In this document: positions 47,502 through 55,175 of the stretch, one piece after another | How positions within the stretch are numbered: position 1 is the first letter of the stretch | Layout: every line of letters begins with the position of its first letter | Assembly: GCA_029226085.1 (NCBI GenBank) | Contig: JAQXXN010000006.1 | Span: 1-56,381 of the forward strand | Length of the DNA: 56,381 nucleotides | From: Thermoflexaceae bacterium | GTDB lineage: Bacteria; Bacillota; Clostridia; Lachnospirales; Lachnospiraceae | Direction: 5' to 3' | The notes under the pieces: generated by a model | The model's database searches: none | What the model was told of the DNA's origin: nothing | The model's input: only the letters and a program-made list of their open reading frames with translations | Translations under genes and position numbers: made by a program

Positions 47502-48848
47502 TTATTTTACCTCGTATCCTTTCGACACGATAACGTCCACTACCTGATTCACATACTTTTCGCAGATTTCGTCCGTACCGGCTTCTACCATGACACGCAC
47601 AAGCGGCTCCGTACCGCTTTCACGAACCAGAATTCGTCCATCACTTCCCAGTTCATCCGCCACGTTCTGTACTGCTGCCTTTACATCCGGATCATTCTGT
47701 GCCGCAGCCTTATCCGTTACACGAACATTCTTAAGAAGCTGTGGATAAATCTTCACCGGTTCTGCCAGTTCGGATAATTTCTTATCCTTGGCAAGCATTA
47801 CCTCCATCATTTTCAATGCCGTAATAATTCCGTCACCGGTTGATGCATATTTGCTGAAAATAATATGACCAGACTGCTCTCCACCGATCCGGTGGCCGTT
47901 TGCCTGCATGTTCTCATATACATACTTATCTCCAACAGCCGTCTTTTCATAATCAATTCCTGCCGCATCAAACGCCTTATAAAGACCGAAATTGGACATG
48001 ACCGTGGTAACAACCGTATTATTAAGAAGCTTTCCGCGTTCCTTCATATAGCATCCATAAATATACAGAATCAAATCTCCGTTTACAACATTTCCATTTT
48101 CATCCACACAGAGACACCGGTCCGCATCCCCGTCAAAGGCAAATCCCACATCCAGATCCTTTTCTTTTACCAGCTGCTGCAGGCTTTCAATATGGGTTGA
48201 ACCGCAATTCGTATTGATATTGGTTCCGTTTGGCTCATTATGAATCACATATGTCTTCGCACCCAGTGCATCAAATACACTCTTGGCAATGGAAGATGCA
48301 CTTCCGTTAGCACAGTCAAGGCCGACTCTCTTTCCCTTAAAGGAATATACTGCAAGAGAAATAAGATATCCCATGTAACGATTTCTTCCTGCCACATAGT
48401 CCACGGTACATCCGATATTCTCCTTTAATGCAAACGGAATCTCACCGGATACCCCGTCCAGATAATCTTCAATCTTTGCAATTACACTTTCTTCCATTTT
48501 CTCGCCACGGTCATTAATTAACTTAATACCGTTATCATAAAATGGGTTATGGCTTGCGGATATCATGATTCCACAGTCAAAGTCTTCGGTTCTCACCACA
48601 TAAGAAACACTCGGTGTTGTGGTAACGTGTAACAGATAAGCGTCTGCCCCCGATGCAGTAAGACCTGCAACCAGCGAATACTCAAACATATAGCTGGATC
48701 TTCTGGTATCCTTTCCGATTACTACCTTGCATTTATGGTTCTGTCCAAAATACCATCCGATAAATCGACCAACCTTATACGCATGTTCTACCGTAAGATT
48801 TACATTGGCTTCTCCGCGGAAACCATCCGTACCAAAATATTTACCCAT
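47502..48848 (-). CDS. glmM: Phosphoglucosamine mutase
   Basis: [13 protein letters not shown]-terminus, phosphoserine loop [13 protein letters not shown] and metal loop FDGDADR. Confidence 0.95.
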   Translation of the reverse strand: MGKYFGTDGFRGEANVNLTVEHAYKVGRFIGWYFGQNHKCKVVIGKDTRRSSYMFEYSLVAGLTASGADAYLLHVTTTPSVSYVVRTEDFDCGIMISASHNPFYDNGIKLINDRGEKMEESVIAKIEDYLDGVSGEIPFALKENIGCTVDYVAGRNRYMGYLISLAVYSFKGKRVGLDCANGSASSIAKSVFDALGAKTYVIHNEPNGTNINTNCGSTHIESLQQLVKEKDLDVGFAFDGDADRCLCVDENGNVVNGDLILYIYGCYMKERGKLLNNTVVTTVMSNFGLYKAFDAAGIDYEKTAVGDKYVYENMQANGHRIGGEQSGHIIFSKYASTGDGIITALKMMEVMLAKDKKLSELAEPVKIYPQLLKNVRVTDKAAAQNDPDVKAAVQNVADELGSDGRILVRESGTEPLVRVMVEAGTDEICEKYVNQVVDVIVSKGYEVK

Positions 48849-48940
48849 GATTTTACCATCCTTAATCTGCCAAGACCGGCAGTTTCATTCTCAAATTATC
48901 GTTTTATTATATCATATTACAATGCACTTTAAAAGGACTT

Positions 48941-50956
48941 TCAATCCAGTTTTAAAATCCACCCATAGTCATTTTCAAACTCCGTCCACATCACATCAAA
49001 TTCGGATTTGTATTCTTCATATGGCCCATTATAATTTTTCTGAACAAAAATATATCGGATTCCCAAATCCTCCAAATCCTTACGGATATCATAAGACGGA
49101 TAATCATCACTGTTCAGATCTTCCGGATGCCTGTCCGGATCCTGATTGGTCAGGTGATAATAATACTCCTTCAGATAACGCAATTCTTCTCCGAAATACG
49201 GCACAAACGTATCTTCCCGTTCCACAATTTCTGCCACCTTATTGTAAATGGTCTGCATGTCACGGTTTACGTTGCCGCCACCTTCAAGCATTTCCATATT
49301 CTGCTGATACACACCAAATAATTTTCCTGATACATTATCCTCCCAGAACCATTCGTCATGTTCGATGAGTACCTGTTCCTTTCCCGTAAGGAGAATTAGA
49401 AAAAGTGTCATTGCCGAAAGAAGATATATTGTAAGAACTCTTCTTTCATCGCCCTTTGTGCAGGCAGTCTTGCGGAATGCACAGCAAAAAAGAAACAGCC
49501 AGAATAAGAAATGCATCTTATAAAAGTAATAACTTCCTATACTGCCCTGAAGCACACAATACATAATCCAGCCGGAAAAAATGATGGTACACAAAGACAT
49601 CCAAAGTACGACATCATTCTGCTTCTTTTTTATGCAATCAATAATGTAGAGAATCATCGGAAACATGAGAATCAGGAAATTGGAATACGGTTCACGATAT
49701 ATGCTTCCATCCAGTACCATTCCCTGATCTTTTGTGGCAAACTGTACAATCATTCCCTGAAAGATATATCGGTATCCCACAAAGACAACCACAATTGTCA
49801 CAATACTTCCCAATAGAATCTTCAGCCATCTCTTTCTTCCCAGCATTTCCATGTCCAGTTTCCAGACTTCAGACATCTTTTTCTTTCTGCGTCCTGCCTG
49901 AATCCGTAAAACAACCAGCACTGCCAGTACCAGTATGATAATGGCTGCTGCCAAAAGAAGAAGAACCGGTAAGAATTTCCCCCAGTATCTGGCTGCCACA
50001 TAGCTGATACAAAGAGCACCCGGGACCGCCATCCCCAGAATCAGAACCGCCAGTGCCTCAAATGAAACCAGCTTCTTTCTTTTATTAAAAAACAATATAA
50101 AATATATGGCTTCCCCCACAAAAACAACCGGAGCAAACTGTGTATAGGAAAGGCATATGGAAGTATTTGCAAGCATGAGAAGACCAATGCTCATCCAGTC
50201 CAGAAGCTCATCAAAATCCATCTTCTGAATAATCCATAGCAGAAAATTAATCATGAGGATTCCTGCGCCAAGGTATTCAAATCCATATAGCAGATTTAAA
50301 AGAGGGTAGCCAAGGAAATACATTAATGTAAATCCGTATCCTGCAATCAGGGAATATTTTCCGTTAATGAACCGGCGAATCCATACCCAGAACATCGCCC
50401 CCATCATAAACCATAAGAACATGTCAGCTATCATGAAGGCACGATGCCAGTTAAAGAATCCAATAAACGGATCCATGCATTTAATAAAGACCATGTCAAT
50501 GAGGTACATTACATATTTTGCCTGAGTAATCCTTCCCGTCTCCACCAGATTTCTGGCATGATCAAAATGTCTTGATGAGTCATCCGATGCATAAGCAAAC
50601 ACATCAAGATTCATTCCATATCTAATCTTTCCAATTAACAGGGTAATCAGTGCCAGAATACAGAGAATCAGAATATCTCTCCAGTCAATGTAATACTTCT
50701 GCGTCTTCTTTTTTCTGATAATATAAACTGCTGCCAATATGGAAACTACTGCATTGATTCCGGACAATGTATATAAATTAATCCTGATTCCCATAAGATT
50801 CATTATCCCGGCAAAAAATACCCAGCAGCATATCATTATAATTCCGGTTGTACTAAACCATACAGTGCCATTCTGCCGCGCCACGTTTTTCGGGACAAGC
50901 ATCAGCAGTACATACAGTATTAAAATAGTAATCAAAAATATAAAAAACTCTGCCAT
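48941..50956 (-). CDS. Large polytopic membrane protein of unknown function (about 15 TM + about 140-aa soluble C-terminal domain)
   Basis: 671-aa ORF with dense hydrophobic segments throughout residues 1-525. The C-terminal domain is acidic and aromatic (EHDEWFWEDN...DYGWILKLD). I recognised no family motif. Confidence 0.6.
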   Translation of the reverse strand: MAEFFIFLITILILYVLLMLVPKNVARQNGTVWFSTTGIIMICCWVFFAGIMNLMGIRINLYTLSGINAVVSILAAVYIIRKKKTQKYYIDWRDILILCILALITLLIGKIRYGMNLDVFAYASDDSSRHFDHARNLVETGRITQAKYVMYLIDMVFIKCMDPFIGFFNWHRAFMIADMFLWFMMGAMFWVWIRRFINGKYSLIAGYGFTLMYFLGYPLLNLLYGFEYLGAGILMINFLLWIIQKMDFDELLDWMSIGLLMLANTSICLSYTQFAPVVFVGEAIYFILFFNKRKKLVSFEALAVLILGMAVPGALCISYVAARYWGKFLPVLLLLAAAIIILVLAVLVVLRIQAGRRKKKMSEVWKLDMEMLGRKRWLKILLGSIVTIVVVFVGYRYIFQGMIVQFATKDQGMVLDGSIYREPYSNFLILMFPMILYIIDCIKKKQNDVVLWMSLCTIIFSGWIMYCVLQGSIGSYYFYKMHFLFWLFLFCCAFRKTACTKGDERRVLTIYLLSAMTLFLILLTGKEQVLIEHDEWFWEDNVSGKLFGVYQQNMEMLEGGGNVNRDMQTIYNKVAEIVEREDTFVPYFGEELRYLKEYYYHLTNQDPDRHPEDLNSDDYPSYDIRKDLEDLGIRYIFVQKNYNGPYEEYKSEFDVMWTEFENDYGWILKLD

Positions 50957-51212
50957 TCTTACCTACCTTTACCTATTTTACACTGCTTTTATTATAAATG
51001 GCTTTATGATGATTGTAAATATAGGATTCCTTAAGATGGGTAAAATAAAAACTCCCATTACCATAATCCCTGTAACGGCTTATGATAATGAGAGTAATCA
51101 CTATGCCACGATATAACCAGTTTCTGAATTTTCTTCTTACATGGAGCTTCTTTAATCTTAGTTACTTCACTGATAATCTGTAATATTGCCTTCTCCTGAT
51201 CCATATTATTCC

Positions 51213-51467
51213 CTACTTTCCTAAAATCTCATTAATTTTCTTTCTTGCTTTGTCTACTTTGTCAATGAGAATATGTTCTTCCTTACAAGCAGCTTTTAAA
51301 ATGTTAAGAATCATGTTAAGTTTTTCTGTTTCTGCCGAACCTCCATCCTCCGTCTCAACATCCACCGCATTGTCAAGTCCTAAGGTCGTAACCAGTCTGC
51401 CGCTTGAATATACCACACTGTTCTTCGTATCAATGTTCACGCAGTTTCCAACAACCACAATACACAT
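51213..51467 (-). pseudogene. Possible remnant of a mannose-1-phosphate guanylyltransferase-type gene
   Basis: 84-aa ORF. Residues NIDTKNSVVYSSGRLVTTLGLDNAVDVETEDG resemble the ManC/CpsB segment (DTKN...LVAxIGVxDLVIVETxDA). The rest is unrelated, and the nucleotidyltransferase N-terminus is absent. Confidence 0.3.
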
Positions 51468-51580
51468 ACATACTTTCTTTTCATGCTCTCCGTCTTAATC
51501 ACATCAATTGCTTTATTGATAAAATAAGTTTGCCATCAACTACGCTTTCATCCTTTGTCCAATGCAATTATATGGGCATT

Positions 51581-52018
51581 TTACTCCTCTTTTTCTTTTT
51601 GCTTGTAAAAATCATAAATGTTTACAAATGGCAAAACTAATTTTCCACTGGTGAACACCAATGATGAAATACTTTCTACCTTTGCACGTCCCACAGAGAA
51701 CAAAGCACTTGCACCATTAATCATAACCAACGAGGTAAATTTCTCTTCATCAACGCTAATCGGCGAAGAAAACGCACCCTCCAGAATCATATCAATTGTA
51801 CATACATTTTTTCCATCTCTTTCAAGTTCTACCAAAATCTTCAGCAATACTTTTCCAATTCTTGTCTGTTCTTCCTTACTAAGCTCTGATATAATAATAT
51901 CCATTCCAAATTTTCTTGTAAGATCATCTGTCAATGATGAAATACTATTTTGAACCTCCAGCTTCAAAACGGAAGTTCCCAAAAAATTAAAGTTCGGAAC
52001 AATGCAATTAAAATTCAT
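51581..52018 (-). CDS. SecB-like chaperone (third gene of a TAC-like operon)
   Basis: 145 aa. By-eye alignment to E. coli SecB: [28 protein letters not shown] / [41 protein letters not shown] / [27 protein letters not shown] / PQLNLAPVNFDALF. The start overlaps the antitoxin stop (TAATG). Confidence 0.65.
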   Translation of the reverse strand: [145 protein letters not shown]

Positions 52019-52416
52019 TATGCTATTACCTCCGTATTAAGCAACGCAACTGCCTCCAATTCTTTTGACAAATCACTCTTTCTGCCAAATGATGTATGAA
52101 TCACTTTGTATTCATCATTTACAAAATGTTTTTTTTCATATATATAGGGTTCAAAACCCAATCCAAGGTTATCACATATCTCTTTGAGTGTTACTATTGT
52201 AAAATTATATTCACCACTTTCCCACTTAGAAACCATTCCTTGGGACACATTCATCATTCTGGCAAATTCTTTCTGATTCATTCCAAGTTCGTTGCGTTTC
52301 ATCTCTATTTTTGCAGAAATCTTCGCCAATTCCTTAATACTGTTTATCTCTGAGTCAGATAGTCCCTCAGCTAACCAATTAGTAGTTTTCGCATTTTTAA
52401 TCTTATCCTTAAGCAT
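52018..52416 (-). CDS. XRE-family HTH antitoxin (HigA-like) with about 45-aa C-terminal extension
   Basis: HTH MNQKEFARMMNVSQGMVSKWESGEYNFTIVTLKEI. Start at ATG 52416, 6 nt after GGGGAG; the track ORF starts at an upstream TTG inside the SD. Confidence 0.7.
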   Translation of the reverse strand: MLKDKIKNAKTTNWLAEGLSDSEINSIKELAKISAKIEMKRNELGMNQKEFARMMNVSQGMVSKWESGEYNFTIVTLKEICDNLGLGFEPYIYEKKHFVNDEYKVIHTSFGRKSDLSKELEAVALLNTEVIA

Positions 52417-52437
52417 TACAAACTCCCCTTCCAATCA

Positions 52438-52821
52438 CTAAATATCGAGCATCTTTAATCTCTTTTGAGCCAATTCTATATTTCTTGTATAATCTTTTTT
52501 AGATTTTTCTTTAAATGCAGCTAAGAGTAGTATTCCTCCTTCATCCAAATAAATATACAGTACTCTTGGATTTAATTTACTCTTTGGATATCTAATGCTA
52601 TATAATTTAGGATTAATATTTGTTAATTGTTCAAAATTATTAAGTTTAATTGCTTCCTCCCCATACTCCTCAAGTTTTTCCAAAGAAACTATCAACCATT
52701 TCTGATAACGTGGAAATGGTGGTGTTACACTGAATTTTTCCTTAGTCATACTCAAAAATTCTTTGCGGAAGCAATCAACTTCATACACATTGGAGAACAT
52801 ATCATTCTGTACAATGTCCAA
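52438..52821 (-). CDS. Gp49/HigB-like (RelE-fold) toxin
   Basis: C-terminal KLYSIRYPKSKLNPRVLYIYLDEGGILLLAAFKEKSKKDYTRNIELAQKRL matches the phage Gp49/HigB pattern (LxELR...RVLYxx...IVLLxxFxKKxxKTPxxEIxxA). The start is uncertain. I prefer TTG 52821, 6 nt after GGTGG, because the ATG at 52848 lies inside the predicted -10 box. ATG 52800 is an alternative. Confidence 0.6.
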   Translation of the reverse strand: MDIVQNDMFSNVYEVDCFRKEFLSMTKEKFSVTPPFPRYQKWLIVSLEKLEEYGEEAIKLNNFEQLTNINPKLYSIRYPKSKLNPRVLYIYLDEGGILLLAAFKEKSKKDYTRNIELAQKRLKMLDI

Positions 52822-52846
52822 GTACGACCACCACCTTCGTATTAAC

Positions 52847-52875
52847 ATTATATTACTTATAAGTAATATTTACAA
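52847..52875 (-). promoter_or_regulatory. Promoter of the TAC-like operon with embedded perfect 14-bp palindrome (candidate operator)
   Basis: Minus strand: TTGTAA (52875-52870), a 17-nt spacer, then TATAAT (52852-52847). The spacer contains TTACTTATAAGTAA (52853-52866), which is its own reverse complement. Confidence 0.5.
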
Positions 52876-52914
52876 CTTGTTTTTTGCATTTCTTGTGAAA
52901 TTCCTATTGACCTT

Positions 52915-53073
52915 CTATTTAACATCAAAATAAGCAATAATGCCCTCTCCGGTAAAATAGAACTTAATTTTATCCTGCATATCCCGGATTAATGCATTAT
53001 ATGTGTCCAAAGCATACTCCGGAATTCCCTCAAGCATTGAAAAGACACTACCCTTGTACTCTCTTACGCTCAT
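52915..53073 (-). CDS. Orphan 52-aa ORF with strong SD, function unknown
   Basis: My own translation gives MSVREYKGSVFSMLEGIPEYALDTYNALIRDMQDKIKFYFTGEGIIAYFDVK. GGGGAGG lies 7 nt upstream of ATG 53073. The ORF is below the track length cut-off. Confidence 0.25.
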   Translation of the reverse strand: MSVREYKGSVFSMLEGIPEYALDTYNALIRDMQDKIKFYFTGEGIIAYFDVK

Positions 53074-53200
53074 ACGCATACCTCCCCGGCAGGAGTTATT
53101 GTATATACATACCGCACAATCATCTCCTGCCCTTATTTAATTAAATTTGAAATAAAAGCAGGAATATAAGATAGAAAAATTGCAACGCAGTTTTCTATCA

Positions 53201-53234
53201 AATAAGAAAATCGGTGGTCTTCGTGACCACCGAT
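53201..53234 (-). terminator. Rho-independent terminator of the transglutaminase/cell-wall-binding gene
   Basis: Minus strand: ATCGGTGGTC-ACGAA-GACCACCGAT followed by TTTCTTATTT. Confidence 0.65.
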
Positions 53235-53330
53235 AAAAAAACAAAAAATAACACACTTTCCTTGACAAACCCATGAATTTAATCCATCTATATCCGCTTC
53301 CCGATTTAAAATCAAACGATAAAGCCTCGC

Positions 53331-55130
53331 TTATGCAGCTACACTAAAGTCAATCTGACCATTTCTAAAATACCACCAGCCGTACTCATTTTGTGCCCAT
53401 CCGGTATAATTCCAGTCAATTGTACCGTTGTTAAAATACCACCAGCCATATTCATTACATGCCATTCCCGTATATGTCCAGTCAATCGTACCATTCCTGT
53501 AATACCACCAGCCATACTCATTACATGCCATTCCCGTGTATGTCCAGTCAATCGTACCATTCCTGTAATACCACCAGCCATACTCATTATATGCCATTCC
53601 TGTGTATGTCCAGTCAATCGTACCATTCCTGTAATACCACCAGCCATATTCATTATATGCCATGCCCGTATACGTCCAGTCGATTGTACCATTTCTGAAA
53701 TACCACCAGCCATATTCATTGTATGCCATGCCCGTATAGCTAAAGTCCAACTGACCATTTCTGAAATACCACCAGCCATACTCATTTTGTGCCATTCCAG
53801 TAAATGTAAAATCTATTTTTCCGTTTCTTACATACCACCAGCCTTCTTCATTCATTGCCATCCCGACATAAGTCGTATCAATCATGCCATTTCTGTAATA
53901 ATGCCAGATTCCATCTTCATCCTTGCATAAGCCATTAACTGCTTCTGAAGTACTTTCCGCATTTACTACGATATATTTCTGTTCATTATAATCTACAACC
54001 GCCGGTATTACCGCACCAGCCTCTTCAATTTCCACAGCCTTAACATAACAATCAGCAAGTGCGGCATTATTATTTACTATAAAATAACAGTACCCGTCTT
54101 TACTAAAGTATGCCGGATTATATGCCGTATATACAGCAATGGATGAATCATACTTCATCTCAGGCAGATATCCATCCCAAAGTGATTCCGGATTATGTGA
54201 GGTAGTCGAATCCCTAAAGGTAGTATCACTTTTATTGTAATACTTATATATCACATATCCCTGATCATCCCACGTAACATCAACATTATACCAGTATCCA
54301 TGTATTTTAACAATATTCCATGCATGGGAAATACTGGTTACTTCAGCTGTCTCAATCCCTGATGCATTTAAAAGCATCTGGAATACTGCCGCATAGCCGG
54401 CACACACCGTTGTTCCTTCACATACCATGCTGTATGACGACTGGTCATATGTGCTATATCCATACTCTGTATTCTTTGCAACTAAATCATGTGCCAGTTT
54501 TACTTTTGCTTCCGGTTTTTCTGCAGCCTGAACCTGTGTTAGCCAGTTATCAATAATTGCTGAATAGGAATCCGTAATCTTTTTCCTTGCATCCCCGTCT
54601 TTAAATTCATCATATAAACGAATTCCGACATAATATCCGCTTGATTCACTGCCATAAAATACTCTGTTGGATAAAAAGTAATACTGCGGATTAGACAGTT
54701 TAAACATATACATAAAATTCGCTATATCGCTGCTGGTTAAGCCGTTCATATTAATTGATGCACTTATTGACTCACAGTCTGTCGTGGATACTACCGACAG
54801 AATACAGGCTGTCTCCAACTGATCCCATGTATTTTTCAGAGAATCTGATAACTGTTCATAATAATAGCTACTGGAGAATTTCGTCCAATACTCCACATCC
54901 ACATTCGAATATTTTCTTGGGAGCCCTTCGCCCGCTTCAATCAAAATTGTATTATCCAGATCCTCTTCCTTAAACTCCTCAATTAAAAGCGGTTTAAGGC
55001 CACACTTCTTCGCTTCATCATCCTCCGTCATATCTTCCGCCCACACATTTGTAACATTGCAGACAAGCAGACAGCAAACTAGCAGGAATCCACCGGATAA
55101 CATTTTCATCTTGCTCACAATTTTTTGCAT
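53331..55130 (-). CDS. Secreted transglutaminase-like cysteine protease-fold protein with 9 C-terminal cell-wall-binding (CW_binding_1/choline-binding-type) repeats
   Basis: Signal peptide MQKIVSKMKMLSGGFLLVCCLLVCNVTNVWA, Cys-His-Asp core CAGYAAVFQML...SHAWNIV...YNVDVTWDD, then repeats of the form YTGMAYNEYGWWYYRNGTIDWT. Confidence 0.8.
   Translation of the reverse strand: MQKIVSKMKMLSGGFLLVCCLLVCNVTNVWAEDMTEDDEAKKCGLKPLLIEEFKEEDLDNTILIEAGEGLPRKYSNVDVEYWTKFSSSYYYEQLSDSLKNTWDQLETACILSVVSTTDCESISASINMNGLTSSDIANFMYMFKLSNPQYYFLSNRVFYGSESSGYYVGIRLYDEFKDGDARKKITDSYSAIIDNWLTQVQAAEKPEAKVKLAHDLVAKNTEYGYSTYDQSSYSMVCEGTTVCAGYAAVFQMLLNASGIETAEVTSISHAWNIVKIHGYWYNVDVTWDDQGYVIYKYYNKSDTTFRDSTTSHNPESLWDGYLPEMKYDSSIAVYTAYNPAYFSKDGYCYFIVNNNAALADCYVKAVEIEEAGAVIPAVVDYNEQKYIVVNAESTSEAVNGLCKDEDGIWHYYRNGMIDTTYVGMAMNEEGWWYVRNGKIDFTFTGMAQNEYGWWYFRNGQLDFSYTGMAYNEYGWWYFRNGTIDWTYTGMAYNEYGWWYYRNGTIDWTYTGMAYNEYGWWYYRNGTIDWTYTGMACNEYGWWYYRNGTIDWTYTGMACNEYGWWYFNNGTIDWNYTGWAQNEYGWWYFRNGQIDFSVAA
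53334..53930. repeat. Nine tandem 66-bp coding repeats (22-aa GWWY repeats), central copies near-identical
   Basis: 66-bp periodicity is visible directly, e.g. the units beginning at about 53459, 53525 and 53591. This periodicity also produces the artefactual repeat ORFs 53339-53785 and 53391-53930 in other frames. Confidence 0.85.
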
Positions 55131-55175
55131 TTTGCATCCATCCTTTCGTAAAATATATGACACCTTATGACTGCA

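Noticed and set aside
53133-53315. 60-aa ORF downstream of the surface-protein gene
   Set aside because: It spans the rho-independent terminator hairpin (53210-53234), has no SD and has implausible composition.
53339-53930. 148-aa and 179-aa ORFs in alternative frames and strand within the cell-wall-binding repeat region
   Set aside because: These are artefacts of the 66-bp periodic DNA, which keeps every frame open. The real frame gives canonical GWWY cell-wall-binding repeats contiguous with the transglutaminase domain.
48941-55163. Accessory patch as a prophage, IS element or integrative element
   Set aside because: I saw no integrase, transposase, recombinase or phage structural genes, no flanking direct or inverted repeats, and no adjacent tRNA. 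I describe it only as a variable or decayed region, not as a mobile element.
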